Shown: positions 13,659 to 28,880, counted from the first letter of the stretch. The stretch: DNA of 64,000 bases from Eledone cirrhosa (GCA_964016885.1 OZ024746.1:79918001-79982000), one strand, 5' to 3'. The notes: generated by a model from the letters alone, not told the origin. Made by a program: numbers and translations.

Positions 13659-14348
13659 AGGAGAGCAACGAGAAAAGGAGAGCAAGGAGGGCAATGAGAA
13701 AGGGAGAGCAATGACAGCAAGGAGAGCAATGAGAAAAGGAGAGCAATGAGAGCAATGAGAAAAGGAGAGCAATGAGAAAGGGAGAGCAATGACAGCAAGG
13801 AGAGCAATGAGAAAAGGAGAGCAAGGAGAGCAATGAGAAAAGGAGAGCAAGGATAGCAATGAGAGCAATGAGAAAGGGAGGGCAAGAATTAAAGGAGAGC
13901 AATGAGAAAAGGAGAGCAAGTAGAGCAATGAGAAAGGGAGAGCAAGGAGATCAATGAGTAAGGGAGAGCAATGAGAAATGGAGAGCAAGGAAAGCAATGA
14001 GGAAAGGAGAGCAAGGAGAGCTATGAGAAATGGAGAGCAAGGAGATCAATGAGAAAAGGAGAGCAAGGATAGCAATGAGAAAAGAGGAGCAAGGAGAGCA
14101 AGGAGAAAAGAAGAGCAAGGAGAGCAAGGAGAAAGGTAGAGCAAGGAGTGAAAGGAGAGCAAGGAGAGCAAGGGGAAAGGAAGAGCAAGGAGAGCAAGAA
14201 GAGCAAGGAGAGCAAGGGGGAAGGAGAACAAGGAGAGCAAGGATAAAAGGAGAGCAAGGAGAGAAGGATAAAAGGAGAGCAAGGAGAGAAGGAGAGCAAG
14301 GAGAAAAGGAGAGCAAGAAGAAATGGAGAGCAAGGAGAGCCAGGAGAG
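13659..14348 (+). repeat. Purine-rich compound minisatellite (ggagagcaa / ggagagcaatgagaaaa)
   Basis: 9- and 17-bp units. Confidence 0.9.
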
Positions 14349-14349
14349 G

Positions 14350-15195
14350 TTAAGGCAGATATTGCTCAAGTTATGCTGGAAGCTGACAAAGTTGAAGAAA
14401 AGGAAGAAGAATAAAAATCAACTGAAGAGCTACATTCTGCACCAAAATGACTTTTCTTCCTTTACAAACATCGAGTTTTCGCCTTTTGTAATTCCTGGTA
14501 CAAAAACTTTCTTCACGAGATTTTCTATCAGCACCGATTTCCTCGACAAAGACTCTTCAACATGGAAGGATGATCCTGATTACAGAAGTGGACTTGAAGA
14601 ACTTGAGAAGACAGTGAATGAGGTTGCAGAAAGAGGTGTCAAACTCATTCAGGATTACAATAACATTCTCACAAAAGATGAAACTAAGATACCGAAAACC
14701 TTAAAACATACCCAACTGCCACTAAATCCTCTCTTATGCTAAAATATTCAGTGTTCAGTGTTCACATTATGTTTCTGATTCTATAGAAATTGTTGTAAAT
14801 AAAAATGCGTTTCTCTTATAGAAGTTGTGTGCTTTATTAAGAAAACCTAATATTTCTTAAGTTTTTCATGTTATATCATGAATTTTTCAAATTAACTATT
14901 GGTAAATTTGATTCAGAACATTTTTAGACATTTGCTGGGGTTGCCTGGATGTGTTCACATAAATTTCTCTAAGAAGAAAAAAAAAATGGTTGAGATAGAG
15001 AACAATATACCGCTTTTGAACAGAATTAATCGTTGCGTATACTATGTTCCAACTTGAAGGTGTTTGAGGGTCGCCTAACAGTTGTCCGATTGAGCTGAAA
15101 TTTTGCACACCCCGTGTTTTTGTTAATTGGAATAGGATTGTGCAGTAGCAAGATTTTAATTTCGAAAAATTACCTATTGCTAAGGGCCACCTTAA
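14350..15195 (+). mobile_element. hAT (hATm-like) DNA transposon 3' remnant
   Basis: FLDKDSSTW...VNEVAERGVKLIQDYNNILTKDE transposase C-terminal motif; subterminal gtccgattgagctgaaatttt; end cacctta resembles a TAGGGTG TIR. Confidence 0.65.
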
Positions 15196-15200
15196 TATAC

Positions 15201-15353
15201 ATATTCATTTATTATGGCTATTGGTGAGCTTTGTTAGACTGAAGTTTCACCTGTGCACTCACAGGAACACCAGTCTTGTCTGATGATCCTGTGAGTGCGC
15301 AAGTGAGACTCCAAAGTAACAAGGCTCATCACTTAGCCAACATAAATGAATAT
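15201..15353. mobile_element. Old fold-back element, family F (arms 15201-15266 / 15287-15353)
   Basis: Diverged inverted repeat. Confidence 0.7.
15275..15323 (+). ncRNA. Degenerate hammerhead motif, family F
   Basis: cttgt-CTGATGA-...-GAGA-ctccaaag-TA-acaag; the other arm retains cctgtg/cacagg helix II and GAAAC. Confidence 0.6.
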
Positions 15354-15542
15354 TTAAACTCCACCGCCCTTGCCCATATTTCTTTACTATTCCTTAAACA
15401 CAACCAGTATGATTCACTCACATATGTAAAAAGAATTCCTGGAACTGTCGTAGATTAAACAAAAACGTCTTATCACTTTGTAAGTAACGGACTTGGATTC
15501 TGCGAAGAACTTAGAAACATATACATACATACAAACAAATAA

Positions 15543-15644
<102 letters not shown>

Positions 15645-15764
15645 TGCATACATACATACTACCAAGTTGATATTATGTATATCCCAATGTAAGAAATAAT
15701 TATAGACACGCGCACACACATACATCATATCATATCATACATACACACACACACACACACACCC

Positions 15765-15845
<81 letters not shown>

Positions 15846-16279
15846 CATACATGGGTTTATATATATACAGCTGTTTCTTTGTCAGATTTGCAGCAATGTG
15901 ACTTTTGATAGGTGTCTTCTATTTTAGATGCTTTGTTTCACCGTTATAGGATTTTGTTAACGACATTTTTATCTCATTCATACTTGGTGGATTTCGTTTT
16001 CTTCTTTAAATCTTTGTTAGATTCTTGAATAGATTTTAGCAATTCCGAATTAATTAATGGTAACTACTATAGCTTCTAATTAATTACAGAATTTCATTGA
16101 AGTAATTAACTCTAAGTAAATAAAAGGTTTATCTCTATGAATAGGATAATTTTGTTTTGCGTGTTTATGTGCGATGCAAGGCGTAAGAGCTGCGTAAATT
16201 ATAAACAATGATCCGAGGGAGGGAGACCCACACACACACACACACATAATATATATATATACATAATCTATATAAAAAA

Positions 16280-16354
<75 letters not shown>

Positions 16355-16639
16355 TTTCTGAATTTGTTTAGCAAGAATCTTTATCTGAAAACGTGTGTTG
16401 AAACCGATATTGTTAAACTTTGGGAGGGTCATGTTGCCAATAAGAAACACACGCACCAGTTACTTTCACTTCAATTTATTATAAATTTCCGGTTGGTTGG
16501 TTGGTTCCACAACCGGACGGTTGTTCATATATTGTCAAAGTTCTTTCGTCACACATTGTATGACTGCAGATTCTTTTCTTTGTTTTGTGCCTCTCCTTTC
16601 TTCTGTCCTACGCCATCTAGTTTTTGTGTGTGTTGTGTG

Positions 16640-17354
16640 CAGAGAGATCAAATCAGATTATATAGAGGAGCCAGAACCAAATGGGAAAAAATGGTTAATA
16701 ATGATACAAATGGGACCTGCCCCTTGTATAGGAGCAAATTTTGGAATAGAATAGAAAGAACTAGGAATAAGATTAATAAAATAAACTCATGGTATGATAG
16801 CAATAAATACCAGAGTGTAATGTTCATTAATACAACCCCTAGAGGTGAACTAGCTTACAAATTTAGAAGGGCCCTAGATAAACTTAAACTAAATATTAAG
16901 ATAGTGGAAAGACCAGGTACTTCCATAAAAATACTTATTAGTAATATATACCCTTTTCAAAGACCTCCCTGTATAGATAGGAAATGCATAATCTGTAAAA
17001 CTAATCCCCCATATTAACTGTAAAACTAGAAACATAGTATATAGCATAAGATGTACTGAGGGACAATGTAAAGATAAGAATATAACGTACATAGGTGAGA
17101 CAGCTTGTAGCATAGGAGAACAATTAAATGAACACTGGCGAGAACTCCAAGATAGAAAAGACTCATCAATACTCCACCAACATGCTAAAATAGAACATAA
17201 GGGCAAATTAGAGAACATAGAAATAAAAATAAAACCTACACACAGAAAAGACGCAATGTTTATACAAATCACAGAGGCAATAAACATAAATGGACTCCAA
17301 CCAAAATTAAATAGAAAACATGAATGGAATAGCAACATCACAACTCACAATTAA
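16640..17354 (+). pseudogene. Penelope-like element 3' fragment: linker, Cys motif and GIY-YIG endonuclease (frameshift near 17012)
   Basis: CIDRKCIIC, then NIVYSIRC...YIGET...NEH...ILHQH...ITEAINI...PKLNRKHEWN. Confidence 0.85.
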
Positions 17355-17396
17355 GGACAAAATGAAAACCCACACATAGAACAAACAACTAACTAG

Positions 17397-17965
17397 TAAC
17401 AATTGGATGTGTCCCACACGTGACAGCAGCTGTTCGACATAATTCCACAGGTCGGTCATCCCTGGGCACTGAACAATTGCGTGCAGAACGGTTTCGATGT
17501 CCTGCTCGCATCTTGGACAGGTCCTTTTGGCAGGATCTCTGCCAGGGCGTCCGTGCCTGTAGATTTTGACTCGAACTGGTAGAGCTCCTCGGTAGCACTG
17601 ACAGGGCAGAGACCTCTGGAAGTTATCCATAAGCCCTGGACGGAAAGTCCTCCCGAACAGACTGGTCAGTTCGTCCTCCTAGATACCTAGGGTTTCCCCG
17701 AGAACGTCGTCGCACTTATCCTCCACTAATCCCCTATAGAATGTCGAAGTGGAGTCTCCGTTGATTGCCGTTTCCGCTTGGTAGAGGGCTGTTAGCGCAT
17801 GTAGGCACTCGAGGTGCCAGGCAGCCGTTTTCGGTCTTCGCTTGGCCCAGGACTGCAGCTCTGTTAGTGAGACGAGTTGTGGAAGAGCTTGTCTCACAAA
17901 CGACAGCCACACCGGTTCACCGGTCAGGAATACCTGGAGATGGCGTAGCCTCAGCGCATTATAGA
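17397..17965 (-). pseudogene. L1/Tx1-like LINE ORF2 C-terminal fragment (zf-RVT)
   Basis: LPVRVKIYRHG...CPRC...ETVLHAIVQC...LW; GC-rich, disrupted. Confidence 0.75.
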
Positions 17966-17982
17966 TAGATAGATAGTTATAT

Positions 17983-18045
<63 letters not shown>

Positions 18046-18309
18046 TATGTATGTGTGTGTGCAAAAAAATAATATATATATTTACATATATGTACAAGCG
18101 TTTGTGTGTGTTTCTGTAAAGTTGGCGAGTTAGAAAATTCTTTGGAGTGACGATAATATATCTTATGGTACTTATTCCGACTCGCTGCTATCTGGGTTCA
18201 AATCCTGGCTTTGCTAGCAGACATTTCCTCTCGGTGTCGGGTAATGTGATTGACATTGTAGTTATGTTCTTGTGAAGGAAGCACTTTGCAGCACGCCCAT
18301 ACGCCCTAT

Positions 18310-18355
<46 letters not shown>

Positions 18356-18589
18356 GCAAATTTTCGTTTCTGTTTTGATTCATACTTCTCGGGAATAAAT
18401 ATTTGATACAGTTTGATTATCTATTTTATCAACCGATTAATGTCAGACCTTAGCCGAATCAGAATTACACAAACCTAAATATGAATACTTGTGAAAAAAC
18501 ATGAAGTTTCCTAAGTCAATAAACATTTGTTTTAAAGAAAAAAAAAGCGGAAAAGGGAGGGAATTGCAGGGACTCTAGTGTCACAGAAG

Positions 18590-18793
18590 ACTGTGGGGGG
18601 GGGGGGTAGACTTTGGGCCTAGGGTGCGGTGGTAAAAGGGCTGCGCCCCTCGGACAGTGGCCACTGACACCCACTGCAACAGCCACCCGGTCTCGTGGTG
18701 CACCTTCCTCAGATAGGCCCCCGACGTTCCGATCTTGCGGAGAAGCTCGACTGACGGCGACCGGTGCAAAGAGGAAGCAGCCGGACAATCCCC
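18590..18793 (-). mobile_element. GC-rich probable LINE 3' fragment
   Basis: Composition and weak peptide LLQWVSVATVRG only. Confidence 0.3.
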
Positions 18794-19124
18794 GGTATTT
18801 GTTTATTTATGAAAAATATTTTGAAATGGGCTTTTCTAAAAAGGAAAATGTTTGATATCACTGTATGGTGTAGATTCTAAGTCTGGGCGGCAGAACTCCG
18901 AATAATCGGTGGCAAGCTCTGTTATTCGTATCCCGGATCCACTATGAGTTTTAATATAAATTCCTTTCGTATCGTTTGTTATGTCGGTTTTATACGGAGC
19001 AATTTGTATTGTTATTACAGTAGAATTCGAAAATACATATAAAGCTAATACTATATGGTGTTGATGTAGAATGCGAATATACATACAGAACTAGTTGCAT
19101 AAGCAGTTACAAAAATAGAAATTG

Positions 19125-19465
19125 CCCTTTTCGGTCATGACTGGCCATAGGTTCTGCAACTTTGAATGACTGACCATGGGATTACCTCTCTGGGGCAGAA
19201 GCCTGAGTATGATGCCTTATGGTAGACTAGCAGTTACCCATGCCTTCAAGTCTATACATCCACGACACCAGTTTTGTCCATGGAAAAAGTAGAGTTTGAT
19301 AGAGTTTGGCGCCAATGTCATCGCAACTAATTTTTCCCAACTGTGTGAACTGGAGTAACATTTAATAAAGTTTCTTGCAGAAGGACACAGCACGCCACCG
19401 GATCCGGGAATCGACTCACAGTCCTGAGCCCTGCACCATAACTATTAAGCTATATGCCTTCACAC
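19125..19465 (-). mobile_element. tRNA/CORE-like SINE
   Basis: Homologous to 54475-54800; reverse B box gggaatcgactc. Confidence 0.65.
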
Positions 19466-20189
19466 TTTTGCCTAGAATTTGAAAAATACACACACAGCTA
19501 GTTATTACACTAGCAGTTCAAAATATATACAGAGCTAGTAGTTTATGCTGGGGCTCTAGCATAAATACATACTTCTAGAACTTCTAATATATATCATTAC
19601 TGTAATATACATATGGATGTTATTGAAACATCACTATGAAGAACAACATCAGTCTCCTACGAGCACACTCACTCTCCCTCATTTTCTTGAATGCGTGTGA
19701 GACCTAAGTCCTCATTACAGAGATACAGAGGCAAATACAGGCATTGGAAATACAATGTTACTGCATCATCTTGGATCTCTCATACCTGGATAATATCGCA
19801 AACGAGTAAGCCCTCAAAATTCAATATCACCCATATGCTCGAAGCCACGATACTTCTAATTTTTTCCAACCACTCAGCTGAACGTCTGATGCTGTGAACA
19901 AACATATTTCAAAGAAGCTGAGCGGCAACTTTCTGTTGTGCGCGGCACAAATTCGGCAGCTGCATGTCCCCGTAGATGAAAAGCTATAGTGGAGAGAAAT
20001 CAACCAATGATCGACCTCAGAAGCTCATGCATACGAAACGAACTTCCTAACAACTCACCCAAGCCTACACCTGCTGCTGAAATATATTTCTAAAATGCAT
20101 GGCGATCAGTAATGATAATCGGAAATCATACTTAAGAAAACGCATAATGTTTTTAAACATAATGTTTTAGATTATTAATGCGTGTGGGA

Positions 20190-20410
20190 GGGCGGTAGAT
20201 TGGCAGTATCGGTAGAGGGTCTGACATCATACTTTCCAGCATAGAGATATGGCCCTTTATGATCTGAGTTCAAATCCCGCCGAGATTAACTTTGCCTTTC
20301 ATCCTTACGGGGTCGATAAAATAAAGTACCAGTCACGCACTTGGGTCGATTTAATCGACTTCCTTTTCCCCCAAAATTGCTGGCCTTGTGCCTATATAAG
20401 AAACCATTAT
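20190..20410 (+). mobile_element. Nin/Deu-like SINE, full-length long form
   Basis: ggcggtagattggcagtatcggtag...aattgctggccttgtgcc. Confidence 0.85.
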
Positions 20411-20931
20411 TAATGTGGGTGGGGAGACAGTGAAGGGGAGAAAAGAGGAAAACGAAATTAGAAAAATAGAAAATCACTCGATTTCATCCCTTGCTGAGAA
20501 AGCGCTAAAATAAGTTAATATATGTTATTCTCTTAACAAAGGAAAATTCGTGTAAAGCTAGTCGTACGTTTCGATTATATTGGACATTTCTTCTGTGTGA
20601 GGATAGAGTATAAAATGAGCGTTGGCGGGGAATGTGTGTCTAATTATTTAACTGATTCGTTAGCTAATTGATTAATGAAATATGTAATTATTTGATGAAA
20701 TACATGTCGATATTGTTGTACATACACATATAGAGATAGTTTATGAGACATATTTGGTATGGAGAGATGAATAGATGCTCTATCAGAGAAAGTGATGATA
20801 GATAGATAGATAGATATAGATATATAGATAGATAGATAGATCGATAGATAGATAGATAGATAGATAGATTTCTTTATTAGCCACAAGGGCGTAACAAGAA
20901 AGGGGACAATACAAAGACATGCCGGGGATTT

Positions 20932-20965
<34 letters not shown>

Positions 20966-22177
20966 TGTATGTAGATATATAGATAGATAGATAGATGTCA
21001 GAACGCTGAAATATTTGAATAGTAAACTGGCGTCAATCGGGTCAAAGGTTAATATTGATGATGGAACGGGGAGTGCGGTGAATAAGTAGAGGGAGAGTGG
21101 GAGAGAGAGAGGAGGGAGTTTAGAGTCAACCAAGTTTCGTTACATTTTGACAGTTACAATAACACTGATGAGGATACTACTCTGTAAACACAATGATATT
21201 CTAATCTTAATGATAACATTTATGTAAGATCCATTGAAGTCGTAGCCATAAACAGATTAAAGTCCTCTCTATTAATTCCTCATTTATTGATGACTAATTC
21301 ACACGGTGTTTAATTAATATAGTTAACCCTGGCTGTCTGCAAACATAAATCGCCTCATTGATGTTAGCTGTACTTTAAATTAATGTTAGCTATTCAGTAA
21401 ATATCTGCAATGATGCAAGTAATTCTTGCAAGATAATGCAAACAATTAACTTATTATTAATATTTCGCTCTATTTAAAATTTATTTACACACGAAGCAAC
21501 ATGTTCGCGGCAGTACAATCGTTTCAAGAGAGGTAATAAATAAGAAATAATTGATGTGCACACCGACGCATAATTTCTTAGCAACGTGTCGGTAAATAAG
21601 GTGTCAGATTTCCAGGCAATGACGTAGAGAGTAAGAATAATTGAAATTAAGCATGGGAAGGTGAAATAAAAGTGAAAGCGTATTGGGTTTCACTTACATT
21701 ATCCACCTCTACTCCATGGTGAAACCTTTTGTTGTCCGCTCTTTGTAAAGAAATTTATAAGAAGACATATAAGTTATGTGATGAATAAAGGAAACATTGT
21801 ATTCTGTGCAGATTCCATTAAGAAAATTTATTAATTACAATTCTTAAACCAGAATTTTTTCCTTTTTTAGCAACAAAAATGTCTAGTAGTTAATTCTTTA
21901 CTTTAATAGTGAATCGTAAAAATACTGAAGGTTGAAGAAATTAGTCATATAATTTCATGTCCAAAATATATAACTCGTGTGGTATCTAATTCAAATGATA
22001 TACGATAAACCACTTTAATGGATCTTTAAGCTTTCCTCACTGAAATAAAGTTAAACGCTGTACTCTATTTGGTGAGAGTCCAGAAATGAAAACATATAAT
22101 ATATAGGAATCAACACAGTAATAAGTTTTATAGTTTTAAGAAGAGTAGATAACATTCCAATGAATTGTTTAAACTCT

Positions 22178-22375
22178 GCACAAGGCCAGTAATTTGGTGG
22201 GGAGGGGAAAGTCGATTAAATCGATCCCAGTGCATTACTGGTGCTTTATTTTATCGACCCCGTAAGGATGAAAGGCAAAATTAACCTTGGCGGGATTTGA
22301 ACTCAGATCATAAAGGGCCGTAACTCTATGCTGCAAAGCATGGTGTCCGACTCTACCGATACTGCCAATCCAGCC
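22178..22375 (-). mobile_element. Nin/Deu-like SINE, long form
   Basis: Reverse complement of consensus. Confidence 0.85.
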
Positions 22376-23519
22376 ATAGAAATAATGGTTTCTCATTTAG
22401 GTACAAGGCTAAAGTAGCAATAGAAATTGCTGAGACGACCGTGGAGACAGAGTCCTCAAACATTCCTTGTTGCGAGTCTTGTCATACAAAATTTATTTTG
22501 AAAATTCATGGTAAATTTTGCTTAATGGTTACTCCAGCTCTGGTAGGGTGTGATATGGCGTAATAGATATATTTATTTATTTGCCACAAGGGCGCACAGA
22601 AAAGGAGACAATACAAGGACACATGCCGTGGATTTTACATACAGTCGGGTAAAAATATTGAAACAACAAATTTAACAATCGAAATCCCTAATAGAGGGGG
22701 AGGGGCACCAAAAATGGGTTGTTTAAATTTGTGCAAAAATACGAGGGTAGATTATTTTTGTCAGGATGGGTATAAGATGGGATATTTAATATTGCCAGTG
22801 TTATGTTTTAACCATAGATCAACCTAAATCTAGCAGATTTATGATCGAAAGATTTCCTGTCATGCAATCCTGTTATTGCTTGTTTCTTTTTTTTTTTGTC
22901 TTTTTGGGTGTGTGTGTGTGGGGGGGGGGGGGCATATCCTAAGTTGTCTTATGTTACGTGTCCTTCCTTTCTTAATACAGTAAAATATGATTTAAGGTAA
23001 ACTCGGCTGCTATTTTAACACACCAAGAAACACCCTAGTAAACTCGTAGACATTATATATTTTTCATTATGCTTCATAATTATTAAAGAAAGCTACGTTG
23101 GAAGGGAAAATTTAACCTTCAGTAGACTAGCTTCCAATACCAAGATATATCAGATTTCACTCCCCTTTGTTACAGTGCTCTTTAGAAGACAGAGATATGT
23201 GTTAGTCTTCTAGAGATATGGCTGTTCGTATGTAAGAATTACCGTTAACTAACTTAAACTGATTTACTTGGTGTAGAAACGCCAGCAGCGCCATCTACAT
23301 AAGTGTCGTCTTTAATAGGTATTAAGCAACTGCTGAAAGCATTGTAGAATCGAAGATATAGCAACCAATCAGCTCAACAGATTGTGTGTAGGACGACATT
23401 ATTTGAATCATAAGTTATCTCCGCTGCGGGGCGTCTTTCTTTCATTTTTCCAGTTTAGCAACTTCACAAAGAAGATGGCAAAAGAAAAGATATATAAGAT
23501 TGAGGAAGAAAGGAAGAAA

Positions 23520-23612
<93 letters not shown>

Positions 23613-23726
23613 ATGGGTGTGGTGCGTGTGTGTCTCTGTGTATGTATGTATGTTTGTATGTATATATATATATATTTTTTTTTTTTTTATATATTTATAT
23701 ATATATGTATGTATATATATATATAA

Positions 23727-23810
<84 letters not shown>

Positions 23811-23839
23811 TCAAATATATATATATGTATTCATATATG

Positions 23840-23896
<57 letters not shown>

Positions 23897-24102
23897 AAAG
23901 AAAGTAAGGACGAAAGAAGAAGAGAGAGAAGGAGGTGATAAGGGCAGGAGAGTGGGAGCATGAATAGTGATAAAAGGAAAAGTCAGTAAATGCCATGACA
24001 AGGATGGAGATACAGTTTGGTAGAGAGGGGGTGAAGGAAGAGATAGGAGATTGAAAAGACGGTAGATGAGGCACACATTTTAGCGGAACAGACGTTATAT
24101 AT

Positions 24103-24157
<55 letters not shown>

Positions 24158-24161
24158 TATA

Positions 24162-24292
<131 letters not shown>

Positions 24293-24301
24293 TTTTATAT
24301 A

Positions 24302-24523
<222 letters not shown>

Positions 24524-24525
24524 CA

Positions 24526-24625
<100 letters not shown>

Positions 24626-24626
24626 C

Positions 24627-24734
<108 letters not shown>

Positions 24735-24796
24735 ATAGAAGCAAGAAAATAGAGATGAATCCTTCATTACAGTGCGTGCGAATCACTTAACTGACC

Positions 24797-24916
24797 ATCT
24801 TCTTCTTCTTCTTCTTCTTCTTCTTCTTCTTCTTCTTCTTCTTCTTCTTCTTCTTCTTCTTCTTCTTCTTCTTCTTCTTCTTCTTCTTCTTCTTCTTCTT
24901 CTTCTTCTTCTTCTTC
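24797..24916 (+). repeat. (CTT)n
   Basis: Pure array. Confidence 0.95.
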
Positions 24917-25101
24917 ATGCTGCGTTCTATCGATGTTAGAAAGTGAATGATCGATCGATGCCTTTGTAATTGGCGGTAAGCACTCCAGATTTTGATTGAT
25001 GGATCTTCAATCAGTGTACAAGAGTGGCGTTAAGCGTCGGAACAAACTTCTTTCCCCTAATGGCCAAAACAGAGAATTAATCACTGGAAGGGTTATTCTC
25101 G

Positions 25102-25401
25102 CACCACCCCCACCACCACCACCACCACCACCGCCACCACTGCCGCCACCACATTCACCATCATCACCAACAAAACCACTACCACCACCACCACCACCAC
25201 CACCACTGCCACCACCACATTCACCACCACCACCACCACCACCACCACCACCATTACAATCATCAACTTTAACAAAACCACCACTGCCACCACCACAATC
25301 ACCACCACCAACACCACCACCAACACCACCACCACCACCACCACCACCACCACCATCACTACCACCATTACAATGATCAGCTTTAACAAAACCACCAGCA
25401 G

Positions 25402-25432
<31 letters not shown>

Positions 25433-26075
25433 ACCATCACCACCACCATCACCACCATCACCACCATCACCACCATCACCACCATAAATAACATCACCAC
25501 CACCATAAAATCATCAGCTTTATCAAAACCACCTCCACCACCATCACCATCATCACCACCATAACTAACAGCACCACCACCATCACCACCACCACCACCA
25601 CCACTACCACCACTACCACCACCACCACCACCGCCATCACCAACACCAACACCACCAACACTACCACCACCAACACCACCACCACCATCACCACCACTAC
25701 CACCACTACCACCACCAACACCACCACCATCACCAACACCAACACCACCAACACCACCACCACCACCACCACCACCACCACCACCACCACCATCACCAAC
25801 ACCACCACCAACACCACCAACACCAACACCACCACCACCACCACCACTACCACCACCACTACCATTACAATCACCAGCTTTAACATAACTACCATCACAC
25901 CAATCATTATGATTGTCACCTCAATACCATATTCACGAATACCACTATCACTACCATCATCACCACTATAACCACCATTACCGCCATCATCACCACTACC
26001 GCCATCATCATTCCTTTTACTACCATCACCAAACCAATGTCAACGTAGAAACAACCAACACCACTGCCACCATCA
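25102..26075 (+). repeat. (CAC/CAT)n compound repeat with recurring tcatcagctttaacaaaa spacer
   Basis: Direct inspection. Confidence 0.9.
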
Positions 26076-26187
26076 CCTACAGCCCTGTGAAAACCGCCGC
26101 CTCTATTAAAAGCACTACCAACATCTTTCCTTTATCTTTCCTTTGCCCTGCGTAAACCTTACCAATTTTTTTTTCTTCTTTCGTATT

Positions 26188-26188
26188 G

Positions 26189-26231
<43 letters not shown>

Positions 26232-26326
26232 ATCTACTACTTCTACTACTACTACTTCTACTACTTCTACTACTACTTCTACTACTTCTACTACTACTAC
26301 TACTACTACTTCTACTGCTACTACTT

Positions 26327-26375
<49 letters not shown>

Positions 26376-26389
26376 TACTACTACTACTT

Positions 26390-26420
<31 letters not shown>

Positions 26421-26512
26421 TACTTCTACTACTACTACTACTACTACTTCTACTACTACTACTACTACTTCTACTACTACTACTTCTACTACTACTACTA
26501 CTTCTACTACTT

Positions 26513-26543
<31 letters not shown>

Positions 26544-26639
26544 TACTACTTCTACTACTATTACTACTACTACTACTACTACTACTTCTACTACTACTAC
26601 TACTACTATTACTACTACTACTACTACTACTACTACTAC
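26188..26639 (+). repeat. (CTA)n with CTT interruptions
   Basis: Direct inspection. Confidence 0.95.
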
Positions 26640-26698
26640 GCTGATGATACAATGTTATAAAATGCCCTTGTGACTAATAGAAAACGGCAATTATTATT

Positions 26699-26885
26699 TT
26701 GGCAGTATCGGTAGAGCGTCAGACACCATGCTTTACAGCATAGAGTTATAGCCCTTTACGGTCTGAGTTCAAATCCCGCCGAGGTTAACTTTGCCATTCA
26801 TTCTTACGGGGGTCGATAAAATAAAGTACCAGTAATGCACTGGATATAATTGCGAGCCTTGTGCCTAAAGTAGAAACAATTATTA
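26699..26885 (+). mobile_element. Nin/Deu-like SINE
   Basis: Same family. Confidence 0.85.
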
Positions 26886-27307
26886 TTGTTATTATTGCAA
26901 TTTTTATTGTTATCGTTGTTGTCGTTGTCGTCGTCGTTGCTATTATTATTGCTGTTGTTACTGTTGCAGTTGTTTTTGCATTTCCCCATTTAGATGATTT
27001 CTGATGAAAAAAAAATGAGGTTGCTATATATATATAGTTCCAAGTTATTTGCTGTATGTATATGTATATATATATATATATTCGATATAATGACGTCATT
27101 GATAATTCATACACTAATCTTCTGTTAGAAAAAATGGCTGCCGTTCAGGAATTTCTTTTGCATTAAACGTTTATTAAATCATTTTTTAAACTATTGTCAT
27201 GATTTGGGAAATGACATTCACAGGAATATATTATGTTTTATTTTATTTTCAAACAATCACTCAATTAATCCATGCGTATATGTATGTATACACACACACA
27301 CACACAC

Positions 27308-27475
<168 letters not shown>

Positions 27476-27503
27476 CAATAATAATAAATTAATAATTATT
27501 TTA

Positions 27504-27552
<49 letters not shown>

Positions 27553-27626
27553 TTTAGTTATTTATATGTATGTGTGTATCTTTTTGGGTATATATATACA
27601 TTATAAAAATATTTGCATATAAATTC

Positions 27627-27657
<31 letters not shown>

Positions 27658-27690
27658 TATACATCTATATATAGATATATAGATATACAT

Positions 27691-27780
<90 letters not shown>

Positions 27781-27788
27781 TATATATA

Positions 27789-27821
<33 letters not shown>

Positions 27822-28035
27822 GCGTGTGTGCGTATGCGTATGTGTCTGTATGTGTGTGCGTGTTTAAATGTGCGTATGTGTTTATGAGTGTGTATGGTGT
27901 ATGTGTGACTTGACTCATCGATAAAGTTACTAAGTTTATTTCGGTTAAGATGTATTTTAGGTGGATTTAAGTAGCTTAATTTATCTGGAATTTGATTGTT
28001 AAAACGCTTATACATGATTAGACGTGCAAACATAC

Positions 28036-28066
<31 letters not shown>

Positions 28067-28196
28067 CGTGTGTGTGTATATATATATATGTGTGTGTGTA
28101 GACGTATATATATATATATGTATACATGCATGTAAATGCATATATGTTTATATATATATGTGTATATATATATATACATATATGTACATATGTATA

Positions 28197-28234
<38 letters not shown>

Positions 28235-28331
28235 CATATGTACATATATGTATATATATATATACACATATATATATAAACATATATGCATTTACATGCA
28301 TGTATAAATATATATATATACGTCTACACAC

Positions 28332-28471
<140 letters not shown>

Positions 28472-28472
28472 C

Positions 28473-28521
<49 letters not shown>

Positions 28522-28535
28522 CTATATATATATGT

Positions 28536-28740
28536 GAGAAAAACCACAGACCCTCCATCTCAACTCACCTTTTGAAAAGCAGAAGAACTGCGAAACCGGT
28601 AAAGGAACCAAATAAATATATATATATTTTTTTTAAATAAAACTCCAGTTGCATTTTCGATTTCATCTCTTTTTCTTTATACTTTCACTCGTGTAGGACA
28701 CCTCGGTTATTTTTCATTTTGTAAAAAAAACCTCACTTTC
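28536..28740 (+). mobile_element. HHR element family E, solo copy in (TA)n
   Basis: Reverse complement of 7096-7277. Confidence 0.8.
28568..28605 (+). ncRNA. Minimal hammerhead fold, family E (core UUGAAAA)
   Basis: Identical to 7207-7244; followed by AATAAA. Confidence 0.65.
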
Positions 28741-28747
28741 TAATATA

Positions 28748-28780
<33 letters not shown>

Positions 28781-28807
28781 GTACAGGTATACTTATATAT
28801 ATATATT

Positions 28808-28849
<42 letters not shown>

Positions 28850-28880
28850 TATGTATACGTATACTTATATATAATATTTA

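Noticed and set aside
19690-20100. Complex sequence resembling coding DNA
   Set aside because: No sustained ORF or recognisable motif
21160-21200. CTGATGA-gga..tct-GTAAAC
   Set aside because: Broken core and no helix I
24996-25376. Proline-rich formin/extensin-like ORF
   Set aside because: Part of a ~1-kb CAC repeat with no domain context
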